64,000 nt of DNA, taken from contig JBBRLQ010000003.1 in assembly GCA_038231275.1 (NCBI GenBank), positions 416,001 to 480,000 on the forward strand, read 5' to 3'. Position numbers and translations under genes: made by a program. Origin of the DNA: Polyangiales bacterium (lineage in GTDB: Bacteria > Myxococcota_A > Polyangia > Polyangiales > Polyangiaceae). Shown here piece after piece: positions 29,329-38,820 of this stretch. The notes under the pieces were generated by a model. The model ran no database searches. It saw only the letters and a list, made by a program, of their open reading frames with translations, and was not told the origin of the DNA. Each line of letters starts with the position of its first letter. Within the stretch, counting starts at the first letter, position 1.

Positions 29329-30459
29329 TCAGGCCGCTCCAGGCCGCATTGACGCGGGGGGAGCATGACGCGGGAGACGGACGCTGAACGTAGTGCCCGC
29401 AACGTCGGTCGAAGTCGCGATGATCTTCCCCCCGTGCGAAGAGACGATCTGGGATGCGATGTAAACCCCCAGGCCAAGCCCGGCGTGGGTCTGGTTCTTT
29501 GCGGCGTGACGGACCATGGGGTCGAAGATCGTCGTCAGAGCCGCTTGGGAGATCGTCGGGCCGCCGTTGTGGACTTCCACCAAGACCTCGGCGCCCACGT
29601 CCTGCGCGACGAGGCGGATCGGATCGTCTTTTCCGCCATACTGAATCGCGTTTCGAACGAGGTTCGAGAGCGCCTGCGCGATCCGGTCGGAGTCCCAATC
29701 CCCGCGAAGATCGCCCTTCGGCTCGAAGTGAACTTCGCCGGATGGGCGAAGTCCCTCCAGCTCGGCGATGACTTGTCGGCAGAGCGGCTCGAGATCCATC
29801 GCTCCGCGAGCTACGGGGATGGCGTCTCCAAAGCGGGTGCGCGTGAGGTCGAGCAGGTCACTGATCATTCGGTTCATGCGGTTCGCGCTGTTCAGCATCC
29901 GCGCGGCGATGCTGATACTTCGGTCGTCGAGCTTCTCCGACCCGATGAGCAACGTGGAGCCCGAAATGATGGCCGCGAGCGGATTGCGTAGATCGTGACC
30001 GAGGATGCCGAGCGATTGGTCTCTGTAGTGCTCGGTCGTCGTCGTGAAGCTCGAGACCCCCTCGGTAAGGGCTTCGTCGATGGCCTCGTTGAAGCGAGTC
30101 ACACCTCCCGGATCGCTGCCTTTCTTTTCCCATAACCGAAGGACGCTCGCCCGCAGCGCTCGGTATTCCGCCACGATCTGACCGAGCTTGAAACCGAACT
30201 CGATCCGCAGGGCGGCGTGAACCTGGCCCATCTCTCCGAGGTTCTGGACGTTCCCATACCCCCTGGACTTATCCGCCTGTTCGGCCGCCGTCTGGCGAGA
30301 CCTCATGTCGTGGACGATGGCGGTCAGGATTTGATTGGCATGATCTCGCAGCGCGGTGGGGTTCATGCCCTCCGCCGCAGGTAGGAGCGTGCTGGCGAAC
30401 GCCTCCCATTCGGCGACGATGGCGCTCCGCTCGGCGTCGATGAAGTCTGCGAGCTCCAC
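29329..30459 (-). CDS. Sensor histidine kinase with RsbRD-like N-terminal domain
   Basis: IVAEWEAFA, EYRALRASV, GHDLRNPL, ALSNLVRNA, GLGLGVY. Confidence 0.92.
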   Translation of the reverse strand: MELADFIDAERSAIVAEWEAFASTLLPAAEGMNPTALRDHANQILTAIVHDMRSRQTAAEQADKSRGYGNVQNLGEMGQVHAALRIEFGFKLGQIVAEYRALRASVLRLWEKKGSDPGGVTRFNEAIDEALTEGVSSFTTTTEHYRDQSLGILGHDLRNPLAAIISGSTLLIGSEKLDDRSISIAARMLNSANRMNRMISDLLDLTRTRFGDAIPVARGAMDLEPLCRQVIAELEGLRPSGEVHFEPKGDLRGDWDSDRIAQALSNLVRNAIQYGGKDDPIRLVAQDVGAEVLVEVHNGGPTISQAALTTIFDPMVRHAAKNQTHAGLGLGVYIASQIVSSHGGKIIATSTDVAGTTFSVRLPRHAPPASMRPGAA

Positions 30460-30543
30460 GCAGTTACCGTAGCATCGGCCCGCGCGGAGGGTGCGGTAGA
30501 GCTCCTGCTCGGGGATTGCGACGTTGCATGCTACGGAGCGACC

Positions 30544-30870
30544 ATGCACATCGCGCTCGTGGCTTCCTTGTCGCTCTACGGTCTCCTCGTGCTGGTGGGC
30601 GGCGTGATCGGCTACGTGAAGGCGAAGAGCCGCGCGTCGCTCGTCTCGGGCATCGGGTTCGGGGTCCTGCTAGGGCTCGCGTCGAGGCTCGTCTCGTCGG
30701 GCTCGGTGCGCGTCGGCGCCGGCCTGGGCGTCGTCCTTGCGCTCGCGCTGCTTGGCCGTTTTCTTCCGGCGTTCATGAAGACGAAGAAGGTCATGCCGGC
30801 GGGGCTCGTGGTCGCCCTCGGCGCCGTGGTCGTGGTCCTCGGGGCGATCGCGCTCGTTGACGGGACGTGA
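30544..30870 (+). CDS. TMEM14 family membrane protein
   Basis: YGLLVLVGGVIGYVKAKSRASLVSG...KTKKVMPAGL. Confidence 0.88.
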   Translation: MHIALVASLSLYGLLVLVGGVIGYVKAKSRASLVSGIGFGVLLGLASRLVSSGSVRVGAGLGVVLALALLGRFLPAFMKTKKVMPAGLVVALGAVVVVLGAIALVDGT

Positions 30871-30901
30871 CGTCGGAGCGACGCGCAGAGCGCCTACGAC
30901 G

Positions 30902-30994
30902 ATGAGCATGCACAGCGACACTGCGCCGCGCCGTCCTCGCGTCGCCATCGCGGGCGCGACCGGCTTCGTCGGCACCGCGCTGTGCACTCGATGA
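30902..30994 (+). pseudogene. N-terminal remnant of an NAD(P)-dependent epimerase/SDR
   Basis: MSMHSDTAPRRPRVAIAGATGFVGTALCTR*: Rossmann GxTGFVG motif followed immediately by a stop. Confidence 0.65.
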
Positions 30995-31053
30995 TGCCGT
31001 CCGCGCGCCTCACGCAAGGCTCCTTCGAGGAAAGTAAAAGGCTCGGCCGAGCT

Positions 31054-31086
31054 TGACTGGACATAAGTTGTACAACATATGCACAT
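31054..31086 (+). promoter_or_regulatory. Three tandem 11-bp direct repeats (nnnnTnnACAn), CarH/LitR-type operator
   Basis: tgacTggACAt / aagtTgtACAa / cataTgcACAt, overlapping TTGACT at 31053. Confidence 0.65.
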
Positions 31087-31138
31087 ACGAACGACAGCGG
31101 CACTTCCGCCGTCCCTACCCTCGACCAGAGGAGAGCCC

Positions 31139-31768
31139 ATGCGTCCTTCTTCCAACACGTCGAAAAGCCCGCGATACGTGGCGAGCGCTCGCGCCACGCG
31201 GAGCCTATGCGCCGCCGTGTGCGTGGTGGCAGCGGCGAGCCTGGTTAGCCCTACAGCTCGCGCCGAGGAGCCGGTGTCCCTCCGGGTCGCGTCGCCGCCG
31301 ATCGCAGAGTTACGCGCCCAGTATGCCGGATTCTACCGGTACGCGGGCGACGCCAAAGAGCAGCAAGCGCGGCAGGACGCGGTCGAGCGCGCCGTGGGGA
31401 CGTTCTTCTTCGCGGTCCGCGGCATGGCACGCGCGAGCATCGAAGGGCGTACGCGCATCATGCCGACATGCAAGTTCGAGTTCGCGAGCGGGAAGGTCTC
31501 CTCCACGGTGCCCGGTCACGCGGTCGCCGTCAGCCCGGACTCCGGCGCGCCCGCTCCCTACCGCGTCGACGACGACGCGATCGTCCTCACGCAACGCTTC
31601 GAAGGCTCGCACCTCGTGCAGACGTTCGTGGCCGACGAGGGGGGCACCCGCAGGAACGAGTTCTCGCTGAGCGCCGACGGCAAGCTCCTCTTCATGAAGG
31701 CGACCTTGAGCAGCCCCAAGCTCTCCGCGCCGATCGTCTACACCCTCACGTACCGCCGGGCCGAATGA
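31139..31768 (+). CDS. Hypothetical secreted protein
   Basis: GGAGAG SD, signal peptide ending ARA-EE, C-terminal YTLTYRR; coupled to the lipocalin gene. Confidence 0.75.
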   Translation: MRPSSNTSKSPRYVASARATRSLCAAVCVVAAASLVSPTARAEEPVSLRVASPPIAELRAQYAGFYRYAGDAKEQQARQDAVERAVGTFFFAVRGMARASIEGRTRIMPTCKFEFASGKVSSTVPGHAVAVSPDSGAPAPYRVDDDAIVLTQRFEGSHLVQTFVADEGGTRRNEFSLSADGKLLFMKATLSSPKLSAPIVYTLTYRRAE

Positions 31769-32391
31769 CCGCGCCCACTGCGTCCCGCTCCGCTCGGCCT
31801 CGTGGCGTGCGTCAACTCGTGTCCGCCGCCGTCGTCGCGTTCGCTGCACTCTCGGTCTCCGCGTGCTCGTCCGCCCCCATGAAGACCGCCGAGCACGTCG
31901 ACCTCACGCGCTTCATGGGCGATTGGTACGTCCTCGCGCACATCCCCACGTCCGAGGAGAAGAACGCGTGGAACGCCGTCGAGTCCTACCGCCTCGCGGA
32001 CGGCACCACCGACACGGTGGAGGTGACGTTCGCGTTTCGCGAAGGCGCGTTCGACGGCAAGCTCGAGACGATGCGGCCGACCGGGCACGTGAGCGACGAC
32101 CCCGCCAAGTGGGGGATGCACTTCTACTGGTGGCAGGGGCCGTTCCGTTTCCAGTACCTCGTCGTCGACGTGGACGCCGAGTACCAGCAGACGGTCATCG
32201 GCCGCAGCGCGCGCGACTACGTGTGGATCATGGCGCGCACGCCCACGCTCACCGACGCCGCGTGGACGCGCCTGGTCGCAGTGGTGAAGGACGCCGGCTA
32301 CGACACGAGCAAGCTCCGCCGCGTCCCGCAGCGCTGGGGCGAGAAACCCGACGTCGCGTTGGGCCAGAGGGAAAGCGTCACAGCGCACTGA
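31765..32391 (+). CDS. blc: Bacterial lipocalin (Blc family)
   Basis: Lipobox VSAC; VDLTRFMGDWYVLA, YVWIMARTP, GYDTSKLRRVPQ. Confidence 0.9.
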   Translation: MTAPTASRSARPRGVRQLVSAAVVAFAALSVSACSSAPMKTAEHVDLTRFMGDWYVLAHIPTSEEKNAWNAVESYRLADGTTDTVEVTFAFREGAFDGKLETMRPTGHVSDDPAKWGMHFYWWQGPFRFQYLVVDVDAEYQQTVIGRSARDYVWIMARTPTLTDAAWTRLVAVVKDAGYDTSKLRRVPQRWGEKPDVALGQRESVTAH

Positions 32392-32447
32392 CTCTCGGGA
32401 GAACCCTCGTTGCAGTCTCGGAGCTTCGCCTATGCTTGGGGAGCAAC

Positions 32448-32936
32448 GTGGTGAGGAGAGGAGGAGGCCCCGAGGATGACCCGCACCATCGCAGGTCCGG
32501 CCCGCGCGCGGTTGCAGCCGCTGTCGTGGTGCTCATCGCGTCGTGCGCCTGCAATCGTCCTGATGCCGTCGAAGCGAACCGCACCCGCGCCGCCGATGCG
32601 GGACTGACCCGCCCCGAGGGGCCACGTTCCGGGGCGCACGTCGCCGATGCCCAGGACGGCGCGGCCGCCACCGGCGCCACGGGTCCCGCGCTTTCGCCCA
32701 TCGAGACACGTTGCAGCCGCGACGCGGAGTGCACGGCGGTCGGCTTCGAGGTGTAGGGTCCACGCGCGTGCTGCACCGCGTGTGTGACCACGGCGGTCAC
32801 GACCGCCTGGGCCGCCGCTGCGCGCGCGTTCTGTTCGCCTTCACGCGTGGCGACGCTGCCGTGCCCTCCGCTCGCGTGTCCGCAGGGAAGGATGACGACG
32901 CGATGCGACAGGGAGACATGCGTCCTCTCTCCGTGA
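32448..32936 (+). pseudogene. Cys-rich lipoprotein interrupted by in-frame TAG
   Basis: VVVLIASCAC...CSRDAECTAVGFEV*GPRACCTAC...CPPLACP..RCDRETCVLSP; TAG at 32754-32756; start uncertain. Confidence 0.6.
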
Positions 32937-33027
32937 AGGGGACGACCTGTGCGCACGGCACCACATTGCGTCGTCGGCGTCACGGTCCGCGCACCCTCCG
33001 ATCGCGCAACTACCTGAAAAAAGCCGC

Positions 33028-33042
33028 TGGAACGAAGCGTGC
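33028..33042 (+). promoter_or_regulatory. Putative sigma54 promoter
   Basis: TGGAACGAAGCGTGC(T), GG-N10-GC, 13 nt before ATG 33056. Confidence 0.45.
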
Positions 33043-33055
33043 TCAAGGGGCAGGT

Positions 33056-34138
33056 ATGCGCACTTTGCTTCCCTTCGCGGTTCCACTCCTCCTCTCCCTC
33101 CCGTTCGTCGCCGGCACGCTTGCGTGCGGCAAGACGAACGACGTCCCGCCGTCGGCCGCCGTCCCCGCGCGTCCGGGCGGTCCTACGGTCGCGTCCGGCG
33201 CTCCCGATCGCACGTTCGCGATCACGACGCTCTACCTCGGCGATGTGGACCGATCGCTCCAACCGTCGACCAAGGCGTGGCGGGAGTTCGGCTTCGATCT
33301 CGACGGCCGCACGACGGGAAAGGACGGCGCGGGTGCCTGTCGCGTGGAGTTCCCTTCGGCAGACGCAGGCCTCAGCATCATCAACTTGGAGGCGTGGATG
33401 GACGGCGACCTGGGGCGCGACAACGCCTTCGGCGCCGGCGTGGTCCCGCTGATACAGGTCCTCCACAACGACGTGACGAGCGCGGTGTCCGCTCGCATCA
33501 AGGCGGGTGCGATGACGTACCTCGTGCGCGTCGCCGGCCTCGACGGCACGGAGAATCAGACCGGCATCGGGCTGTCCGGCGACATCGCCGTCGGCGCGCC
33601 CCTCGACGCGGCCCCCTCGTTCGCGCGCGACCAGACCTGGCCCGCGCGCGCCGGGACGAAGACGGTCTTCTCCGACGCCTACGTGACGGCCGGGCAGTTC
33701 GTCGGCACGTCGAGCGACGCGCTCTTGCTGCACCTCGAGCTCGGCACCGACACGACCGGGAAGACCTTCTCGGCCATCGAGCTCCAGGTCCGCCGCCCCG
33801 TCGTCTCCTTCGGCGCACCCGCCGCGGACGGCGCGCTCAAGGGCACCATCGCGGGGGTCGTTTCGCTCGCCGAGCTTCGCGCCGCCGCCGACGCATGGAC
33901 TCCGCGCGCCACGTCGTGCCAGTACCACGACGCCGAGACGCTCACGCACGGCCTCGGGGACATGCTCCTCGATCCCGCGAGCGCGAGCCCGAGCGCGGCG
34001 TGCGACGCCGTGTCGGTCGGGATCGCGTTCGACGCCGTGGAGATCGCCGCCTCCGGCGCGCCCGTGGACGCCGGTGCACCGAGCCCGGGACCCGATCCGT
34101 GCGTCGACGCGGGCACCGACTCCGCCGACGGCGGGTGA
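33056..34138 (+). CDS. Hypothetical lipoprotein
   Basis: Lipobox TLAC; LYLGD..WREFGFDLDG..DGDLGRDNAFG..CDAVSVGIAF. Confidence 0.8.
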   Translation: MRTLLPFAVPLLLSLPFVAGTLACGKTNDVPPSAAVPARPGGPTVASGAPDRTFAITTLYLGDVDRSLQPSTKAWREFGFDLDGRTTGKDGAGACRVEFPSADAGLSIINLEAWMDGDLGRDNAFGAGVVPLIQVLHNDVTSAVSARIKAGAMTYLVRVAGLDGTENQTGIGLSGDIAVGAPLDAAPSFARDQTWPARAGTKTVFSDAYVTAGQFVGTSSDALLLHLELGTDTTGKTFSAIELQVRRPVVSFGAPAADGALKGTIAGVVSLAELRAAADAWTPRATSCQYHDAETLTHGLGDMLLDPASASPSAACDAVSVGIAFDAVEIAASGAPVDAGAPSPGPDPCVDAGTDSADGG

Positions 34139-34202
34139 AGAGGAGCGGGGAAATCAAAGCACCGAGGTTCGCCGACCCGAACGGAACGGAGCGCGATCGC
34201 GG

Positions 34203-35126
34203 TCAACGGATCCGCGATTCGAGCTGCTCGCGAAGATGCTCGAGGACCACGCGAATGCGCGCGCGCGGACGGGCCTCGGCACGGACGAGCGCGTAGACGA
34301 CTTGGCTCTTCGGGCCCCAGCCCGACAGGGCGAGCGTCCGTAGCTGCCGCTTTTCGAGGGCTTGTCGCACGACGAAGCGGGGGAGAAGCGCGATCCCCAC
34401 GCCTGCGAGCGCGGCGTCGCGCAGGGCCAGGAGGGCGTTCGAGCGAAAGGGCCCGCGCACCTCCACGGTCGTCTTGTGCTCGCCCGACCAGAGCGTCCAC
34501 ACGCCGACGTCGGCGCCCGCGTGCAGATGAACCAGCGCGTCGTGCTCGGCGAGCTCCGCAGGTGCGTTCGGCTCGCCCCGCTTGCGCAGGTAGGACGGCG
34601 ATGCGACGACGACGCGCCTCCCCTCGCCGACTCTGTGCGCGACGAGCGTGGTCGTGTCGGGCGGCACGAGCCCCGCGCGCAAGGCCACGTCGACGCCCTC
34701 TGCGAGGAGATCGACCGGATGGTCCTCGAGACGAAGGTCGATCCGAAGCCCGGGATGGTCGTCGACGAGTCGTGCGAGCGAGACATCGAGCGGACCCGCG
34801 CCGAACGCCGTGGGCATCGACAGGGCGACCAGGCCCGTGACCGCCGGATCGCTCTCCACGGAGGCGCGCGCCTCTTCGGCGGCGGCTACCGTGCGAACGG
34901 CATGCTCGTAGAAGCGACGACCCGGCTCGGTGACCGCCAGGCGCCGCGTGGTGCGCACGAGGAGCGGAGCGCCGAGCTCCGCCTCGAGCGCCGTGATCTG
35001 CCGGCTCACCGCCGCCGGCGTCACCTCGAGCGCGCGCGCCGCCTTCGAGAGGCTCGTCGCGTCGACCACGCGCACGAACGTCGCCATGGCAGAGAGCAGA
35101 TCCATCCCCCGCGGAGCGTCGGTCAC
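34203..35126 (-). CDS. LysR family transcriptional regulator
   Basis: FVRVVDATSLSKAARALEVTPAAVSRQITALE..LLVRTTR, DLLAEGVDVALR. Confidence 0.95.
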   Translation of the reverse strand: MTDAPRGMDLLSAMATFVRVVDATSLSKAARALEVTPAAVSRQITALEAELGAPLLVRTTRRLAVTEPGRRFYEHAVRTVAAAEEARASVESDPAVTGLVALSMPTAFGAGPLDVSLARLVDDHPGLRIDLRLEDHPVDLLAEGVDVALRAGLVPPDTTTLVAHRVGEGRRVVVASPSYLRKRGEPNAPAELAEHDALVHLHAGADVGVWTLWSGEHKTTVEVRGPFRSNALLALRDAALAGVGIALLPRFVVRQALEKRQLRTLALSGWGPKSQVVYALVRAEARPRARIRVVLEHLREQLESRIR

Positions 35127-35202
35127 TTGTGAGTTTTTGTAAAGAGTGTCTTGCTGCTCGCGCGCCTACCGAAAGCACCTCGCGGACGGCATCTTCACCT
35201 CC

Positions 35203-35796
35203 ATGAACAACGTCACCCCGTCTTCGCGCCTCGCCCATACACTCTTGCCGGCGCTCGTCGCCGTCTTCGCCGCGGCGTGCCAATCGGCCGCGGCGGCGCC
35301 AACCCAACCCAGCACCATGTCCGGCGACACCGCCCTCACCCGCGAGCGGGCGACGGCGGCCCTCGTCGGCATCGCCGAAGGAGGCGCGGGTTGCCGCGAT
35401 TTTGCGCTCGTTTCGTCCCCCATCGCGGTCATGCACCTCGAAGATCCCAAGGCCCAGCAGACGGCCGGCCGTGCGACGTTCGCCTCGTGGGACGCGGGCG
35501 GCGAGCGCAACCTCGAGGGGGCCGCGGTGGCCACCATCGTCGGCATGCAGCCGAGCGGCGAGCTCCTCGGCAATCACCACCTCCTCTTCGCCGAAGGCAC
35601 GCTCCGCTCGCAGAACGACGTCATTGCGCTGGCGCCGACGACGGACCCCTGCGTTTTCAATGCAAAGGTAAAAATGATCTACCGCGACGGCTCGGGCGAG
35701 TTCGCCGGGTACAGTGGCGCCGGGGTGGCGGAGGCCAAGCTGAATTTCTGCGGCGCCCCCGGCCGCGCGGAGATCTACGGGCGAATCTGCAAGTGA
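35203..35796 (+). CDS. Lipoprotein with possible dirigent/allene-oxide-cyclase-like barrel
   Basis: Lipobox AAAC; GSGEFAGYSG motif; divergent from LysR. Confidence 0.6.
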   Translation: MNNVTPSSRLAHTLLPALVAVFAAACQSAAAAPTQPSTMSGDTALTRERATAALVGIAEGGAGCRDFALVSSPIAVMHLEDPKAQQTAGRATFASWDAGGERNLEGAAVATIVGMQPSGELLGNHHLLFAEGTLRSQNDVIALAPTTDPCVFNAKVKMIYRDGSGEFAGYSGAGVAEAKLNFCGAPGRAEIYGRICK

Positions 35797-35984
35797 CATC
35801 CCTGGAGCGCGAAGCCAGCATCATCGGCCTCCCGGGACGCCGGCAAGCGGCGCATCACAGATCGACGGGGACTTCGAGTCGGCCCGCGATCTCGGAGCAA
35901 AGCTGGCGGCGGCGCTCGAGGCGCGACTAACCGCTTCACATCCCCGATCCCCGGCGACTACCTCGTCGAAGAGGTGGGTGGAGC

Positions 35985-36251
35985 ATGAAGACGATCGATC
36001 GACGGCAGGCCCTCGGTGCGGCGCTCGGGCTGGCGGCAGGTGTGGGCGCGCTCGCGGGTTGCGACAATGGTTCGCGCACGGCGCCGGCGGCGAGCCCGTC
36101 GGTGGCGCCGCCGCCTCCCGTGACACCTCCCCTCGACCCGAAGACCAAACGCCGAGACGAGATTCGACGTCGCCGGCGTGAGCGCGTCGCCGATCGCGCC
36201 GGCGCCGCGCTGCTGTCGATCGCGCTGCAGCGCTGGCGCGTCGGTCGGTAG
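35985..36251 (+). CDS. Short Tat-signal lipoprotein, probably truncated
   Basis: MKTIDRRQALG...LAGC twin-arginine signal and lipobox, then a non-domain-like tail. Confidence 0.45.
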   Translation: MKTIDRRQALGAALGLAAGVGALAGCDNGSRTAPAASPSVAPPPPVTPPLDPKTKRRDEIRRRRRERVADRAGAALLSIALQRWRVGR

Positions 36252-36276
36252 GGGCGAGCCGCGACGTTCAGCGTTG

Positions 36277-37410
36277 ATGTACCCTCGGCGCGTGCGGGCT
36301 CGCCTCACGTTCTTGGCGTTCGGCCATTCGATCCGTATCGCGCGTCGTGCGTGGCCGGCGTGGCTCCTCGCGCTCGCGCTCGTCGCGTGCGGCTGGCGCG
36401 AGCCGGCGCCTCCGCTCTGGGGGAGGGACGCCCGCTTCGGTCGCCTCGGCGGATCGGGCGCGCCGTTGACGAAGCGCGAGGCGTGCGGGGACTGGGCGAG
36501 CGCGGCGATTGCGCGCGACGGGCACGCTCGCAGGCACACCTCATTTCCCGAGACCAACACGTCGGCTGCCTGCTTCACGCCGGTCACGCACGATGGCCGT
36601 CACGTTCGCGTCGGCCAGATCCCACCGGGATGCGGCTACCCGGACGCGGCGGCCCGGCGGCGCCTGAGCGCCCTCGCCGACGAGCTCGAGCGGCTCGCGA
36701 CGAGCGACGCGCCGAGCTGGCTCGTGCCGTGCGCACTCTCGACCGGGCAACGCGGCGCCGCGCTGCGGCACAACGCAGACGTGCTACGCGCGCTCGCGAT
36801 CGCCGAGGGCGAGTATCCCTACGCTGCGGTGATCATCCCCGGACATGGTCTGGCAGAGCAGGATGAGATCGCGCTGAGCGGGCTTCTGCCCGATCGCGGT
36901 TGCGGTCCGTTCACGGAGCGGGACGTCGCGCGCTTCGGTTCCATGCCGGCGCGCAGCGCGATCGGGGCCGACGCGATTCGAGGGAGGGCGGCGCCGCTCG
37001 TGATCGCGTCGGGCGGCGCCGTCCACTCCCACGTGATCGAGGCGTTCGCGCTCATGCACCTGCTCGTGTGCCAGGAGCACGTGCCCGCAGAACGGGTCCT
37101 CGTCGAGCCGTGCGCGGAGCACACGCACACGAACCTCCGTAACAGCGCTCGTTGGCTGGCCGCGATGGGTGCGCGCGCGGCGTACCTCGTCACGGATGAC
37201 GGCCTGCAGGCCGAGTACTTTCAAGATTGGAGCGGCTTCGACCTGATCTTCGGGAGCATCGACCAACGATCGCTTCGCGACTGGGGCTACGTGATCGGCT
37301 CGTGGCGCCAGGCGTCGATCGGCAGCGCCCAGGGATTCTGGTTCACGCCCTACAGGTTCTGGGCCGAGTCGAGAGACGGCCTCGGATCGCTCACGTGCGC
37401 CGTCCCCTGA
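36277..37410 (+). CDS. YdcF/ElyC/SanA (DUF218) family protein
   Basis: IIPGHG, VIASGGAVH, EAFALM, EPCAEHTHTNLRNS, YLVTD. Confidence 0.8.
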   Translation: MYPRRVRARLTFLAFGHSIRIARRAWPAWLLALALVACGWREPAPPLWGRDARFGRLGGSGAPLTKREACGDWASAAIARDGHARRHTSFPETNTSAACFTPVTHDGRHVRVGQIPPGCGYPDAAARRRLSALADELERLATSDAPSWLVPCALSTGQRGAALRHNADVLRALAIAEGEYPYAAVIIPGHGLAEQDEIALSGLLPDRGCGPFTERDVARFGSMPARSAIGADAIRGRAAPLVIASGGAVHSHVIEAFALMHLLVCQEHVPAERVLVEPCAEHTHTNLRNSARWLAAMGARAAYLVTDDGLQAEYFQDWSGFDLIFGSIDQRSLRDWGYVIGSWRQASIGSAQGFWFTPYRFWAESRDGLGSLTCAVP

Positions 37411-37532
37411 TCCGAGCCGCCGGCTTTTTCTCTCCGTGAAAAGCCGCGTAGATCCGGTTTTTTCTCCCATTCGCGCCGGGGCTTGCGGCAAGGTGGCCCG
37501 TGCGGCCCATCGGTCGCTCGCAAATCCGGACC

Positions 37533-38756
37533 ATGAATCGCGCACCCACGACAATCGTCGACCGCACGCACCCCTGGCGCGTCCGCCTTTGCCTTGCCTC
37601 CGCGGCGCTTCTCGCATCCGCGTCGTGCAGGCCGACGGCGACCACCCCTCGCGACGTCGACGCCGCCGCCGTCACGCTCGCGGCTTTCGACGGGGCCGCA
37701 CCGGACGCCGCTCCGATGCGCGACGGCGCGGCGCTCTACAGCGCCCTGTGCGCGACGTGCCACGCCGCCGACGGCACCGGCTACAAGGCCGACAACGCGC
37801 CCTCTCTCGTGAACCGCACGTACCTCGAGAGCGCGCCCGACGATCAGATTCGAAGGTCGATCGTCGAAGGCCGACCGGGCACGTCGATGGCCGCGTACGG
37901 CGCCGCGCGCGGCGGACCTCTGGGGCCCGACGAGATCACGCGCCTCGTCGCGTTTCTCCGCAGCCAAGGCCCGGCGTTCAAGGATACGCCGGCGCGCGGC
38001 ATCGGCGACCGCGGCAAAGGCGCGCCGCTCTACGCCGCGAACTGCGAGAAGTGCCACGGCAACGTGGGCACCCACGGAAACGCCGTACACCTGGCGAACC
38101 CCGCCTTTTTGCAGGTCTCGTCGGACGCGTTCATGGGCTACGCGATCGCGAACGGACGGCCGGGCACGCCGATGGAGGCGTGGAAAGGCAAGCTCACCGA
38201 TCCGCAAATCGACGACATCGTCGCGTTCATGCGAAACTTCGGGGTCCCGCCGCCCGCCGCGTCCCTTCCGCCGCCGACCGGGAGCGAGCCGCTGCTCGTG
38301 AATCCGCAAGGCAAGGCGCCCGCGTGGAAGCCGCGCTCCACTCCGTGCCCCGACGGCGGGCCGCCTCCTGGTACTCCGCCGTGCACGCCGGACGAGCGCT
38401 TCGTCTCGGTCGACCAACTGAAGCAAGCCCTCGACGAAAAGAGGCGCGTCATCATCGTCGACGCGCGGCCACCGTCGGACTGGATGCGCGTCCACATCAC
38501 GGGCGCGGTTTCGATTCCGTACCACGATCTGAAGCGACTGGCCGAGGTCCCCAACGACGGAACCTGGGTCGTGGCGTATTGCGCCTGCCCCCACCACCTG
38601 TCCGGCGACGTGGTCGATGCTCTCCGCAAGAGTGGCGTTCGCCACGCGGTCGTCCTCGATGAAGGCATCTTGGAGTGGCACCGGCGCGGCTACCCGGTAG
38701 TTGCCGCCGCGGGCGTAGAGCCACCGCCGAAGCAAGCGCCTGCGCCGAAGCCGTGA
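37533..38756 (+). CDS. Diheme c-type cytochrome fused to a rhodanese domain
   Basis: CATCH and CEKCH, GRPGTxM repeats, IVDARP..HITGAVSIP, YCACPH. Confidence 0.88.
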   Translation: MNRAPTTIVDRTHPWRVRLCLASAALLASASCRPTATTPRDVDAAAVTLAAFDGAAPDAAPMRDGAALYSALCATCHAADGTGYKADNAPSLVNRTYLESAPDDQIRRSIVEGRPGTSMAAYGAARGGPLGPDEITRLVAFLRSQGPAFKDTPARGIGDRGKGAPLYAANCEKCHGNVGTHGNAVHLANPAFLQVSSDAFMGYAIANGRPGTPMEAWKGKLTDPQIDDIVAFMRNFGVPPPAASLPPPTGSEPLLVNPQGKAPAWKPRSTPCPDGGPPPGTPPCTPDERFVSVDQLKQALDEKRRVIIVDARPPSDWMRVHITGAVSIPYHDLKRLAEVPNDGTWVVAYCACPHHLSGDVVDALRKSGVRHAVVLDEGILEWHRRGYPVVAAAGVEPPPKQAPAPKP

Positions 38757-38820
38757 ACGAGGAGCCGTGGTGCTAGTGTGGAACGGTCAGCGAACCTGCC
38801 GTCAAAGGTTCCGCCGCCGA

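Noticed and set aside
9644-32756. Genome-wide TAG recoding
   Set aside because: TAG ends many intact genes at the expected positions (17891, 23490, 53567, 59374)
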